From assembly GCA_965240325.2 (NCBI GenBank), contig OZ251223.1, positions 2,914,001-2,978,000 of the forward strand: 64,000 bases of DNA. The letters run 5' to 3'. The notes under the pieces are model-generated. The model was not told where the DNA came from. It searched no databases and saw only the letters and a program-made list of their open reading frames with translations. Both the position numbers and the translations under genes were made by a program. Source of the DNA: Rebecca billardiae RCC1528. Lineage: Eukaryota > Protista > Haptophyta. Positions 22,121 through 34,886 of this stretch are shown here, one piece after another (position 1 is the stretch's first letter; the number at the start of each line of letters is the position of its first letter).

Positions 22121-22934
22121 CTTGCGAAGACGCGGTTGCTGCCACGGCGACAGACCCGGGAGGTGCGTCCGCTGCGCGTCGTACGCCGTTGGCGCTGCGC
22201 TTCCGTCGCATTGGTCACCGTCGACGCCATGCAGACCGGACGTGGGCTTCGGCTGAGGGACCGCGACAGACAGTCCGGTGCGCGGATTCCGGCGATCGAC
22301 CGAGTTCAGAAGGCCGCGCCAAAATAATCTTGCGTCGCGTGCGATGGCGCTTCCCGCCCGCGAGACACCTCGTGATGAGGGCCTTTCCGCACCGAGCCCG
22401 ACGCGCGGCGGTGGATCGCGCGAGGCGGTTGTCGTGCGCAGCGCTTGATGCTATGGCCCGTGCGAGCGCTCGACGTGCAAGTCGGGCGAGGACCGCCCCA
22501 GGTCGCACGATCGTGTCGACGCGCCGAGCGTACCTCATAAACGCGTCGACTTTGGCCCTCGTTCGACCTGCACGCGAGACGACGAGGGCAGCAATCGCGA
22601 ATCGGGCGAAAACACGTCGCGGGCATCCTCGCGCGATGTCCGCGCCGGCGTTGGATTTGGCGCGCGCGGCCCACGCGCTCCGCGCCATGGGCGAGATTGT
22701 TTTCGGCCGAGCGTCCCCAGTGGGAGCTGCGAGGGCGCCCGGTAGTGAGCGAGGCGATTTTCTTTTCTTGGCGAGGCGATTTTCTTTATTCCTTTTCTTT
22801 TTCTTTTCTTTTCCCCGGGCACTACAAGGGGCGGACCTACGGCCCGCCATAGTCTACGGTACCTATGTACAGGCCCAGCGGAGTCGCGATTACTCCGACG
22901 GCCGAAGACAGCGAGCTCAGTAGTATCACCCACC

Positions 22935-25065
22935 TCATGCCTTCTCGATTCGGTCGAGTTCGATGAAGAGCTCCTGCAAGCATTTGGTGAGTGTGTGCAC
23001 TTGCGCCTGCACGGTGATCGGCGCCTCCTTCGCGTTCTGGCTCGCCAGGTCGCGCGCGGCCATCTGCAGTTCGAGCGAAATGGCGTGCACACGCTCAGCG
23101 CCGATGTACCCGGCCGAGCCCTTGCACTGATGCACGGTGCGGTGCAGCTTGTCGAAGTCGGCCGCGGCCAGGGCCTGCTCGATCTGCTCGGGCACGGTGC
23201 GGCTCGTGTTGACAAACATCGCGGTCGCCTTTGCCATGAGGCTCTTATTGCCTGCGCCGCACGGCGCGCAGCGGGGCGGGAGGCGGTGAGTCCGAGGCGC
23301 CGCGCTCGACGCTCGCGCTCGGCGCGCGGGCGCGCGCACGCCGCGCGCCGCACCTCCAAAGATGGCCTGCATCTGCTCGTGGTTGACAATGGCCTTGGCG
23401 CTCATGCTCGAGTAGAGCGTGGCTGCCGCCTCGTCCACCTCGCTCGACGCGGCGGGCGCGGCGGGCGGCTCGGGTGGCGCGGCGGTGGTGAGCGCCTCGG
23501 ACGCGTTGCTCGCCGCCGACACGCCGTTCTCCGTCGGCGCGTCCGGCGCTGCGCTCTCGGCGGGCGGCGGCGGCGCCGCGGCGGCGGCGGGCTCGGGCGG
23601 GCTGGGTCCGCCCGCCTCGCCCTCCGACTCGTCGTCCTCGTTGATGTACGCGGAGAGCTTGGCGCGCAGCTCGGCGAGGGTGTACGGCTTGGGGAGGTAG
23701 TCGTCCATCCCGCACTCGAAGCACTTCTCCTGGTCGGCGCTCGAGGCGAACGCGGTGATGGCGATGATCGGGATGCGCGCCCAGCCGCGCTCCGACTCGA
23801 GCTGCCGGATGGCGGCGGTCGCCTGCCAGCCATCCATCACGGGCATGTCGCAGTCCATCAGGATCAGCTTGGGCGCGGAGGCGCCCCCCGCCTCGCGCAT
23901 CTCCGTCTGCTTGTCCAGCCCCACCTTGCCGTTGTGCGCCGTCGAGACCTGGTGCGCGGCGCGGGTCGCGCCGGCCGTGCGCGCGGCGCGGTCAGCGGCG
24001 CGGCGGCGCGGCGGCGCGGCGGCGCGGCGGCGGCCGCACTCGACGGCGCGCGCGCGCGCGCGCGCACCCTGTGCCCGATCATCTCGAGCATGTTCTTGGC
24101 GACGTCGATGTTGTAGTCGGAGTCGTCGACGGCGAGGATGTGCGCCGACGTCCGCGGCTCGGCCGAGTGCGAGCCCTGCGAGAAGGCGCCCGACGTGGAC
24201 GCGACGCGCTTGCCCGAGAGCGGCGGCAGCGAGGGCAGGTTCGTCGAGGACGCGCCGCCGCCCACGCTCTTGGTCACGGTGTGCCGCTCGAAGACGCCGG
24301 CGGATAGGAGGTCGCTCACGGGCTCGTTGGCGGCGGCGACGCGCGAGAGCACCGAGAACGCGATCGTCGTCCCCTTCCCCGGCTCCGACTGGATCTCGAT
24401 CTGGCCGCCCATCAGCACGACGAGCGCCTTGCAGATGCTCATGCCCAGCCCAGAGCCGACCGTCGACGTCCCGGGGTTGGACGTCTTGTGCAGCGGGGTG
24501 AAGCGCTCGAAGACGAGCTCGAGCTGCTCGGCGGACATGCCCACGCCCGTGTCAGCCACGACGAAGTGCAGCGCCACCGCCGAGCCCGGCGCGGGCGCGA
24601 AGCCCGGCTCGGCCGCCGGCTGGCGCGCGGGCACGCTCACCGTGCCGTCGGCGGGCGCGGGCGCGGCCGCCATGTGGCACTGCAGCCGGATCGTGCCCTT
24701 CTCGGAGAACTTGACCGAGTTGAAGAGCAGGTTGATGAGGATGCGCGCGAGGCGGTGAGAGTCGCCCTTCACGCGCACCTCCTTCGCGTGCGCCGCGATC
24801 TCCGGCACGAGCGCGAGCTGCTTCTTTGACGCGTCGGTCGCGATGATGGCGAGCGCCATCTCGCACGCGTCATGCGGCAGGAAGACGTCCTCGACGAGGT
24901 CGAGCTGGCCCGCCTCGATCTTGGCGATGTCGTGGCAGTCGGAGATGAGGTTGAGGAGGAGCTTCGACGCGGACATCGCCTGCCGCACGTACCGCCGCGC
25001 CTTGCGCCCGCCCTCCGACTTGAGCGTCTCGTCGAGCAGCGCGAGCTCGAGCATGCCGATCATGC

Positions 25066-25096
<31 letters not shown>

Positions 25097-26852
25097 CGAC
25101 GCGAGGAAGTCGGACTTGGCCTGGTCGGCCTTCTCGACGGCCATCGCCTTGAGGTGCTCCTGCTCGTGCCGCGCCTCGTCCGTGCGGTCCTTGCCGATGC
25201 ACACCACGCCCGTCACCGAGCGCACGTCGTGCACGATCGGCGTCATCACGATCTGCAGCAGAACGACGTCGGTCGCGGCGCCGCCCGGCGCGACCAGCTC
25301 GAGCTCGAGCGTCATGTCCGAGCCGCCGGCGCCGCCCGCCTCGTCGGCGCCGGCGGCGTGCGCGGCCGCGCTGGCCGCCGCCATCGAGCTGCCGTCGAAC
25401 GACATCCGCGTGTTCACCGCCGAGCCCGCCGCCTTGAGCGCCTTGTCGATCTCGGCGCGGTCGACCGGCTTGTCGAGCACCTTGAGCAGCGCGCGGATCA
25501 GCGCGCGCCGCTGCTTCTCCGGCCCGACCGACGCCGCGCCCGTCTTGGACTCCTTGGCCGGCGCGAACTTGAAGATGTCGACGATCGACATGCCGATCGC
25601 CGCGTCCGACGCCACGCCCGTCACCGTCGCCATGCGCCGGTTCCACAGCGTGACGACCAGCCGCTGCGTGTTGTCTACTGCAAAGATGGGCGCGTTGGCG
25701 CTCTCGATCAGGTTGCGGTAGTTGATGATGCTCGCCTCGAGCGTGCGCTGCGTCTCGCGCATCTCGGAGGAGAGCGTCATGAGCACGCGCGCCTTGTTCT
25801 CGTGCGCGATCCGCGTCGCGCGCGACACGAGCTCGTGCTGCACCATGTCCGCGAGCATCTGCAGCTTCTGCTTCTCGGACTCGGGGAAGGCGGCGCGCGG
25901 CTTGTTGTCAATCACGCAAAAGGAGCCGATCTTGTGGTTGGAGTCCGGGTGGAAGATGGGCGCGCCGGCGTAGAAGGCGATGTGCGGCGGGCCCGTCACC
26001 AGCGGGTTGTTCATGAAGCGCATGTCCGCCGGCGCGTTGAGCACGGCGAACACGCCCGGCATCTCGCGCAGCGTCGTGTATGAGCAGAAGGCCACGTCAC
26101 GGCCCGTGCCCGGCTCGTCGAGGCCGACGCTCGACTTGAACCACTGCTCCTCCTCGTCGACGAACGAGATGAGGCAGATGGGCACGCCCGTGAGCTGCGC
26201 GCCCAGCTTCGTCAGCCGATCGAATGCCTCCTCGCGCTCCTGAGACGCGCGAGGAGGGGGGGGGGCGAGCGGGAGCAAAGGTGAGCGCTTGCGCGCGCGC
26301 GCGCGCACCGCGCGTGTGCAGCGCGTGGTGCCGCGGCGAGCGACGATGGGTGGCACAGGAGCGGGGAGCAGGGGGCGTGTGCCCTTGCCCATCACTAGCC
26401 TCCACCACGGCCAGCCAAGCCCGCATGGGAACGCAGCACATGCGCGCGCGCGCGCGCGCGAGGCGAGCAACTGGTAGAGTGACCAAAAATCATCAAGCTG
26501 CGAGCTGCCGCGCGCGCACCGTGAGCAAGATGCCGAGCTTGCGCAGAGCCTCGACGCGCTCTGAGTCGTCCGAGCTCGCAGTCCACTTCCCCGCGAGCCA
26601 GCCCGCCTGGTGCGGATCCGAGCCCAGGATGCCAGGCAGCACATTCTTGGCCTTCGGGTTGCCGCAGTACATGTGGAGCAGCTCGGTGTTCGTCGCGCCC
26701 TCCGGCCGAACGAGGTCAGCGCGCGCCGAGGCCGAGTCGGTCGCATCGGGAGTGGGGGCTGCAGCCGCAACGGAAGGTTTGCCCCCCGGACCCTTCGCCA
26801 TGTCCTCGTTCACAGGCGGCACGGTTTGACCAGACGACGCCCCACAGCCCAT
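22935..26852 (-). CDS. Hybrid histidine kinase GAF-PAS-HisKA-HATPase-REC-HPt with N-terminal MGC acylation motif
   Basis: Exons 26852-26520, 26239-24068, 23948-23354 and 23251-22935. GAF: LGILLT|EREEAFDRLT...QWFKS...FYAGAPI. PAS: LIESANAPIFAVD. H-box: FLASMSHEMRTPLNG. N box: NLLFNSVKFS. G boxes: DTGVGM, GSGLGMSI. Receiver: LILMDCDMPVMDG. HPt: VHQCKGSAGYIGA. Confidence 0.95.
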
Positions 26853-28263
26853 GGCCTCCCGGGGGGCGTGAGTGGCTGCCTCGCGCAACTTCCCTAACTG
26901 CGCCAGATCCGGTGAGCCGCTCGTCCGGAGATCTAGAGCTATCGGTGCGGCCGCCCGCGCGCTCGCAACGAACAAGTTGAAAGCGCACCCAACCCGGGAG
27001 ATAGAGGAGGAGATAATGACGTTTATTCTCCCGTCGTTCGATCGAAGCGTTTTCTTTGTATGAAAGCATCTTGTCCACCAGGGTCCAGGACGGAATTGGT
27101 GGACCCCCTGGGAATATGACGTCCGTCGTCCGCTACCGAGTTGACGAAATCCGATGTTGCACACGATCGCGATCTTGAGCGTCTTATGCAGTTTGCGATT
27201 CTTCCCATCACCAACCCCCAAAACAAAAAATGCTGATGCTCAAAATTCGTTCAACGATGGGCGATGGCCGACACAAATTTCCGGGCTGGGCGAGAGCTTT
27301 CTAGTACTCGGTTGTAGATGGCGCGGGCCAACGCCTGTGTTGCCCTTTGCCGTTTTCCCGGAGTTGTACATGGGGCGAGAGACCCACAAGCAAGACGGCC
27401 CTTGCCACGAGGCCATTTGGAGTGCGGCGGCGGCAATGCCCACGCCCATGCACCGACGACCGAACGACGTCTGAATCATGCCTCATGGCGGCGCGGCAAT
27501 GGGATCTTAGCCGGGCTGTCCCATCACCGCCCAGGGCGCGCGGGTACGTTGCCGCTGCCGCACTCGTTGTACATTTGATCGGGCCTGATCGGGCCGAAGG
27601 CTGATCGCATCGGATGCAATCAGGGCAGCGTGTCTGAGCGCCGTCTGCCACCCGTCACTCACAATTCCGCGTAGTCTGTCCATGACCGGGGCACATGCGG
27701 GCCGGCAGGTTTTTTTGAATATTTTTGACTGAATGAAAGACTCGATGATACTGATGATGGTCGGATGATGTTCAAAATCAGCAATTGTTCATTAATCATC
27801 GTCACTGTCAGCTGTCAACACACTCAACACTCACACTGTCCGTGCCCGTGGCACCGACTACCGAGGCTGTCCGAGACCGAGGGCGAGGACCACAGGTGAT
27901 CGGTCAGCCTCAGCTCGTAAGTTCCTCCGAAGGCTCGGCCCGGGGGCTGACACTGCCAGGCTGCGCTCACTCATTGCCAGGCTCCAGGCTGGCCGCCAGC
28001 AGCTGCGATGGCAACCGGCACGAGAGGCATCGCCAGGCATGAGCACAGGGCAGGCACTGACCGCGTGTTATCCGACGGCCCGGACGGGGCGTGCTGTTTA
28101 GGCATGAGGTGAGCCGACAGAGCGCGCAGCCCATCGGGATGGTGGGTGGCTCGAATCGAGTCCATCTCGTCGGCGTACCAGGCGACACTTGAGAGATCCC
28201 AGGGCGCAAGATCGAGAGGCCAATGATGCACAGAGTGCTTGAGTGGCCGTAACGAAGGATGCC

Positions 28264-28668
28264 TCATCGATGGCGCCGTGCGGTCTCGCTGGAAGCCTCA
28301 CGGAAGGCCTGAGTGAGTTCGTCGGCCATCGTGCCGTAAAGCTCCTCGAGGGCCTCCACGCGCCGTCTCACGTCAATGCGAAGGCCTTCCAGATGCTCAA
28401 TCTCAGCGCTGAGCTTGGTATCGAGCTCAAAGCATTGGGCGAGCTGCGCAGTGCGCTGCTTTTCGAGCTCACTCAAGCACTGCCGCAGCTCCGCCTCCCG
28501 GCTAGACTGCGCATGATGGCCTGCGTCTGCGCGCTCCCATTGCGCCTCGAAATTCTTGACGGCCTCCATGGAGGCCGTGCAGCCGTGGCGCGACCGAGCT
28601 CGCGCGCACGACACCGTCGTCGCCTCGTCGAACTTCCAACACCCGCTCGGGCTGGGCTGGGAGTCCAA
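28264..28668 (-). other. Possible coiled-coil coding fragment within a poorly coding region
   Basis: Heptad-like sequence ELRQCLSELEKQRT...LEELYGTMADEL. No clear start or full gene model. Confidence 0.3.
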
Positions 28669-29963
28669 CCGTCGTCGCGGGCCGGGTTGGAGTCCGGATC
28701 ACAATGGATCACAATTCGGAAGAAGGCACCATTCCACCAAGGGTGGCGCACCGCTCGAAGGCGGCGGCGCGCGTCGATGCTCGTCAACCTTGCCGTGGAG
28801 CTCCCGACCCACGGACGGCACGTCGATCCTTTTGAATGTGGCACGATGACTTGCGAGAATCATCGTCGAGGCGAAATTTCATGTACCTGCTCAGTTGGAG
28901 TCCACCCAGAGATGCTCGTGGCCCACGACTCGCTGCGCGACAAGCACATCCTTGCCACCACGGGCCCGCGCGGCCACATTCGCCATGCAGCACCGGCACT
29001 CGAAACGGGCATCAGGCCGCGTGTCATCGGCAATGATTATGGCGGACCATATGCTGACGACATCATTGGTTGGAACCTCTACGACCACAGGTAGTGCATT
29101 GAATGCCAGTGACGTGCCCTCGACTTCCGCATCGAGCTCGGGTGGACTCACGACACGGAGCGGCATGACCTCGGAGGCTGTCGAGTGTCGGCCCAGGCGG
29201 GTGCGCGGCTCGTCCAATGGTCTCACTGTCCGGTGCCGCGGCACTGCTCAATGTGCAGAATGCTGGTATATGACTCTGACGACGTGCTGAGTCTAACCGC
29301 GGTGCCCGCGCCCGACCTGAGGTGTCCCGTGTCGGATCTCCGCCTGGTAACCCGGGAATCGCATCAAGGACCGGACGGCCCGTGGCCCGTCGACCCTGGC
29401 ACTGCTCGAGTCGTCTGCGGTGATGGACCCGTGCCGTGCCCGTGCCGTGGGCCCTACCCGTGAGGCCCGAGGCGTGAGGCGCCGCGCGGGCGGATTATCC
29501 TGCAGTGTGCTCGGTGCTGCCTCACGGTGTGCATCGTGATGTCGTGACATTCACATTACAGTGAGTTACAAGCCCGATTTACACTATTAGAGTATTAGCG
29601 GACCGCGACCGTCGATTGCCGCAGGCCCGGCGCCGTAAGCCGGCCGCCGGTGGACCGCAGGTGGGGCGTTGGTGACTCCCAGTAGAGTTGAATTTCAATA
29701 ATAATTAAATACAATCGTCGTAATAAATCGATATACTAGTGTGGCGTTAAAGGGAATCGGCTATAACTGAGTGTCTATGAGCGACGCCAAGAATCCGGCT
29801 CGCATGGCATTCCTGCGTTGTCCCGCCGGCCGCCGCCCGCGGCCGCGCGCACCGCGCCGCACGCAGGAGTCCTGGTGCGCTGCCAATCTGGCCCACGGCG
29901 GCCGGCGCACCTGCACTCCGTGCAGGACTCGGTTCACGGTTGGTTCGGCCTTCACTTTGACTT

Positions 29964-29965
<2 letters not shown>

Positions 29966-30018
<53 letters not shown>

Positions 30019-30200
30019 CATACATACATACATACATACATACATACATACATACATACATACATACATACATACATACATACATACATACATACATACA
30101 TACATACATACATACATACATACATACATACATACATACATACATACATACATACATACATACATTATGTATGTATGTATGTATGTATGTATGTATGTAT
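29966..30200. repeat. Compound microsatellite (TA)n-(TACA)n-(ATGT)n
   Basis: TA run, then a TACA run to 30165, then an inverted ATGT run from 30167. Confidence 0.97.
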
Positions 30201-30715
30201 CCGGAGTATTTTGACAGGATGAGGAATCATAATAATTCATCGATGTGACGATGTCGATGATGAAAAGTGACAGATGAATGATGACGAGCACATTATTCCG
30301 AGATGATGACGATGCCGCAATAATCTGGATCATGATGCCGATCTGCGTCGGATCTGGTCCGCCGGAGATGCACGATGCAGGCATGCAGCCTAGGTGGCGA
30401 CTGGCGTGCCACGGTCACTGAGTCGCGCACTACGCGCGGCAGTGGCCTGCCGCGGGCGGCCGTCGGGCGGGCAGCCGCCACTTCACAGCCATCCCGGCTC
30501 CTCCGCGACCATGCGCGGCCCGCTTGTCACGTCGCGTTGCGCACCGCGACGCCGAAGGCATCCGTCAGTCAGACTCCTGAGTCCTGACCGCAGCCACGCA
30601 GCTCGCGGGGAGCAAGGCGCACGCGGCATGCCGAGTGCGAAGGGTGAAGCAAGCCAGGGGCACCGGCGCCGTCGGTCGCCTACGCTCGAGGCTCCGCCCC
30701 GCCCTCGCAGGCCCA

Positions 30716-31981
30716 TCACAGGTTGATGCTCATCGACGGCGGTTTGCCCAGCGCCCTGCGCTCGGCGTCGATGAAGACGGAGACAGCCGAGCGGCCGTTC
30801 TTCACAAACACGGTGGAGCGCGCGGCGATGAGCTGCTCGAGGGCGAGCACGAAGCCCTCGGACGAGAACTGCGCGCCGGCGGGCCCGGATGGGGGCTCGT
30901 AGCGCACGAGCGGCGCGGCGCCGAGCTCTTGGCGCAGCAGCTCGATCTCGGACTCGTCCTTGCAGTTGGTCGCGAGGAAGACGGCGCACGTGTCGCACTT
31001 GGCCATGCGCAGGGCGTCCTTTGCCTTGGCGACCACCTCGTCGACAGGCTTTACGAGGTTGTACGCGACGTAGTCGCCATGGCGCCAGTGCACGGCCACG
31101 AACGCCCCGTCGGCGTCCCTGGGCGAAAGCGGGGCGATGCGCTCGGCGACGAAGCGCTCCGCCTCGGCGACGAGGTGCTGCGCGAACGGCAGCCTGGAGT
31201 GCAGCACCTGCTGCACGTCGAACGAGTACGCGTGCGAGTGCAGCTGGTGGCCCGCGCCGAGCAGCGCGACCACCGGGCGGCCCTGCCACAGGTCGGTCTC
31301 GACGACGTCGCCGTACTTGCGCGCCTGCTGGCCAGCCTGGTCCCACGCGCGCGCGAGCATCGCGTAGCCGCATCTCAGCTCGCCCACGCGCACGCGGCTC
31401 GGCGGCAGGCCCCAGAGCTCGCCCGAGCCCACGGCCGAGAGGTTGTGCGCGATGCCCTCCTCCACCTTGCACGGGTACGGCACGAGGACAGACGGGTCCG
31501 CGTCCGGATCGTCGCGGCCCTCCGAGTTGTGCTGGGCGGGGAGCCCCTTCGAGAGCACCGCCAGGTCGATGTCGAGCACCTTGCCGTCGGCGAGGTACTC
31601 GTGCAGCTCCATGAAGCGCACGCCGAGCGACTCGATTGCTGACAGGTCGTACATGTCGGAGACGGGCATGAAGAGCGGCCGGACGCCCTCCTCCTGGCGC
31701 TTGAAGACGTTCGTGTACACCTGCGCCTGGCCCGTGTAGTACGTGAACGGCGGGAGGACGAGGGTCCGGTTGGTCGCGAGCGCCATGAACACGTTGGTCG
31801 GCAGCGCCTTCCGCTGCTGGCTGAAGTAGATGTGGCACTCGCCAGGGTCGCACGGCCATGCGATGAGGAAGCGCTCGCTCGAAGCGTCGGCCGACGGATC
31901 ATCGCACTGCTCCGCCTCGGCGGCCGCGCACGCCGCCAGCGCGGCGGCAACGGCGACCACGAGCGCGCGCGTGAGACGCAT
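30716..31981 (-). CDS. GDP-fucose protein O-fucosyltransferase family (POFUT-like) glycosyltransferase
   Basis: Signal peptide, then ALATNRTLVLPPF, FVAVHWRHGDY, VFLATN and LEQLIAARSTVFV. Confidence 0.87.
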   Translation of the reverse strand: MRLTRALVVAVAAALAACAAAEAEQCDDPSADASSERFLIAWPCDPGECHIYFSQQRKALPTNVFMALATNRTLVLPPFTYYTGQAQVYTNVFKRQEEGVRPLFMPVSDMYDLSAIESLGVRFMELHEYLADGKVLDIDLAVLSKGLPAQHNSEGRDDPDADPSVLVPYPCKVEEGIAHNLSAVGSGELWGLPPSRVRVGELRCGYAMLARAWDQAGQQARKYGDVVETDLWQGRPVVALLGAGHQLHSHAYSFDVQQVLHSRLPFAQHLVAEAERFVAERIAPLSPRDADGAFVAVHWRHGDYVAYNLVKPVDEVVAKAKDALRMAKCDTCAVFLATNCKDESEIELLRQELGAAPLVRYEPPSGPAGAQFSSEGFVLALEQLIAARSTVFVKNGRSAVSVFIDAERRALGKPPSMSINL

Positions 31982-32131
31982 GTTGCTGCTTGGGTCTGGA
32001 CCCTGGACCGCGCAGCCACAGCAGATGCCGCGGTCCGGCAGGTCTGCACCCTTCGGTGTCCAGGTCCATCAGCGTCCGGAAGGCCGCTGCCCGCCGTGAT
32101 TTCGACTTTCGAGCGCAAAAGCCTAGCCAGC

Positions 32132-33382
32132 ATGGCGGCCAACAACTCGGTCAAGCGTTCGCTGGTCATTGGCAACTCCGTCAAGCGTGCGCTGGTCATT
32201 GGCAATGGCGTGGGCGGGCTCTCATCGGCCGCGATGCTCGCGCGCGCAGGCTGGGCGGTGACAGTGCGCACATCGAGCGCCACCGACGCGCACGACGATG
32301 CCATCGGCATATGGTCCAACGCGCTGGCCGCGCTCGACGCGCAGCTGAGCGGCGCAGGCGCAGAGCTCAGCGCGCGCGGCGTGTACGTGCAGCGCGTGTC
32401 TGGCTATCACGACGGAGCGGGCCGTCGGCTGTGTGGCCCGATGCGCCCACTCGGCGACAGCCCGTCGGGCTCTCGGCCGGCGCTGCTCTTCGTCCGCCGC
32501 TCGGCGCTGCTCGAAGTGCTCCACGACGCCTGCAGCCGTGAGAGCGTGAAATTTCGAGCTGAGGCCGAGGACGAGGCTGCGGCGGAAGCAGATCTCGTCG
32601 TCGGTGCGGACGGCGCGCACTCGGGCGCGCGCGCGCGCTATTTTCCCACCGCGCCCGCCCTGCGCGAGTGGGGATTCCACGTGTTCCGTGGCATCGCGAC
32701 GGGCGGGAGCTCACTGCTGCCGCACGGCGGTGCCTCGTTCCAGGCGTGGGCGGCGGGGGCGCGCCGCTTCGCCGCGGTGCCTGCGCCCAGGGGTTCGGCG
32801 GCCTGGTTCGCGACGGCGCGCGGCACGCCGCCGGGCGCTTGCGTGCACAACGTGGCCGAACGCCGCCGCGTCGTCGCGGAGCTCACCTCCAGCTTCGAGC
32901 CGTGCGCGCGTGCGCTGCTGGACGCCACCCCAGATGCGGAGCTGGCTGCACCCGAAGCAGCCCTGGCGCACCCAGCCGGCGCTGGGGCAAGGCTGTCTGC
33001 GTGCGGCCGCGTGGTGCTCGTGGGCGACGCAGCGCACACGCTCGACCCCATCCTTGCGCAGGGCGCCGGTGTCGCCATCGAGGACGCCGCGCAGCTCGCG
33101 AGCAGCACGCAGCGCTGGTTGCCGAGCGATGGGCGCCCGGCGCTGGCACGTGCCCTGCAGGAGTACGCGGCCATCCGAGAGGCGCGCGTGCGTGCGCTCG
33201 CGGCCATCTCGTGCGTGCCCGATGCGCTCGGGCAGATGGAGTCCACGACGCTCCGTGACACCGCCATGCGCATGATCCCGTCGCCGCTCTCCGCCTTGGG
33301 CTTCGAGATCGCCATGGCCTTCTCGCTGGCCCCGTCGCCGATGAGTGGGCGATGGAGGTACCAGCCGCCGCATCAACTCTGA
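32132..33382 (+). CDS. FAD-dependent monooxygenase (salicylate hydroxylase/zeaxanthin epoxidase-like family)
   Basis: VIGNGVGG dinucleotide-binding motif, ADLVVGADGAHS, and VVLVGDAAHTLDPILAQGAGVAIEDA. ATG at 32132. Confidence 0.92.
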   Translation: MAANNSVKRSLVIGNSVKRALVIGNGVGGLSSAAMLARAGWAVTVRTSSATDAHDDAIGIWSNALAALDAQLSGAGAELSARGVYVQRVSGYHDGAGRRLCGPMRPLGDSPSGSRPALLFVRRSALLEVLHDACSRESVKFRAEAEDEAAAEADLVVGADGAHSGARARYFPTAPALREWGFHVFRGIATGGSSLLPHGGASFQAWAAGARRFAAVPAPRGSAAWFATARGTPPGACVHNVAERRRVVAELTSSFEPCARALLDATPDAELAAPEAALAHPAGAGARLSACGRVVLVGDAAHTLDPILAQGAGVAIEDAAQLASSTQRWLPSDGRPALARALQEYAAIREARVRALAAISCVPDALGQMESTTLRDTAMRMIPSPLSALGFEIAMAFSLAPSPMSGRWRYQPPHQL

Positions 33383-34886
33383 CCACTGTCCGCGCGAGCG
33401 ACGATCCGGTCTGACTGACGCAGCGACGCAGCTAGCCCGCCACGGCGCGGACTCATTCATCGCACTATCTTTATTTATATCTTAGATCAATAGATGAGAA
33501 CGGCTGGCACCAACAGTACTGACTCCGCGCCGGCCACGGGCCCGGCCAAGGCCCGCCTCCTGCTATAACCCGGGGCCACTCGTCTGTCGCGGACTGACTA
33601 CCAGTGTGTCTAGCTGTGACTGCGTCCGTGGCCGTGCCGTGGCGGGACTCGGGCGGGGTGTGTGGCCCAACTAGACAGATCAGTCAGGCGGCCGACTGAT
33701 GGCCCGCGGTGCAGGGCGGAGCGCGCAGCGTGGAGCCCGCACCAGCGGGCCGGAACCACGTTTCAAAAAGATCTTTGATCAAGAAAAAGGGACGCGGGGG
33801 CCGATTTTTAGGGCTGGCGGAGACCGAGTTTCGAATTTTGAGACCCTCTCTACAGATGCATCACGGAGAAAAAAACCGCGTCCACGACATTCCCCTAATC
33901 AATCGTGGACGGCCGGGCGTGAGAGTTCACTTCTGTGTGAAGTAGGACGGTTACAAGTCCAATACAAGCGTCAGCTTCTCCTAAATTCCCCTTTATAACG
34001 GGCTCCGGGTGATCAGACTGGCGGCCGAAGCCTCCAGCCCTACCCTGGCCAGCCCCCAACCAACCACCACTTCTTTGAGGCTATTTTTGCACGTCCTTAC
34101 GGGATCAGTGAAGTAACCAACCGATATATATTGGCTTCGTCGGGGTCGTATTCACTACTGGAGTATATTGGGTAATTGTGGGTACTCTCGTTCAGTCTAT
34201 CATATCAGTACATTGGCTCGCTAACGGTGTTGGGGGCATAAGGTCATTTTGGGTAATTGTGGGTATTATCATACCCAGTTGGGGGCCAGGGGGCGCGCGG
34301 CACGCGCTCGCTCCAAAACGGGGCGAGCCCTCGTCGCCCTCGATCGACCGCCATCGGTGTGGACGACCGCGCGGAGCGCGCGCCGCGCGCGCGCCGCCCG
34401 CGCGGCCGCGGGCGCCTCCCGCGCGGGTGGCGCACGCCCGCCCGCGCGCCCGCCCGCGCGCGCGGCCGCGTTTGCGGGCGCGCGCGGATTTTCGAAGGCT
34501 TCTGTCTGTCGGGCGTTGCGTCCGACTCGTGCGCCATGTCGTGCCATGTCGTGGCGTGCGCATGTGCGCACTCTCGGTGGGGTGGTGCGCGGGCGGCGGC
34601 GCTCTCCTGAATTCTACCCCGCGCCCGTTTCGCTGTGCGTGCGCGCTGCGTCGCGCAGGCACGCGAGAGTACCTGCGGCTCCCGCGCGGCCGACGTGGAC
34701 GGTTGCCCCGGCGCGCCGCTCCAGCACGCGCTCGCGTGTCTGCGTGGACTGGGTTATAGCGCGCGTGCCGCGCCTTCTTTTCTCGGTGCAGGCGCGCTGG
34801 CTGCAGGCCTTGGCCATCGACTACGCGGCGCGCACCCTAGCACTCCCTAGCAGCCAGCCGCGACGAGTCCGAGTCTGCGCGCGCAG

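Noticed and set aside
22935-26852. Bacterial contamination or operon suggested by the histidine kinase and CHAT genes
   Set aside because: The kinase and the PfkB-CHAT gene carry host-type spliceosomal introns, and all lie among clearly eukaryotic genes (WDR82, elongin-B-like, ODF3-like).
28243-29094. 283-aa plus-strand ORF
   Set aside because: It has no recognisable motif and partly shadows a minus-strand coiled-coil fragment, so it cannot be supported as a gene.
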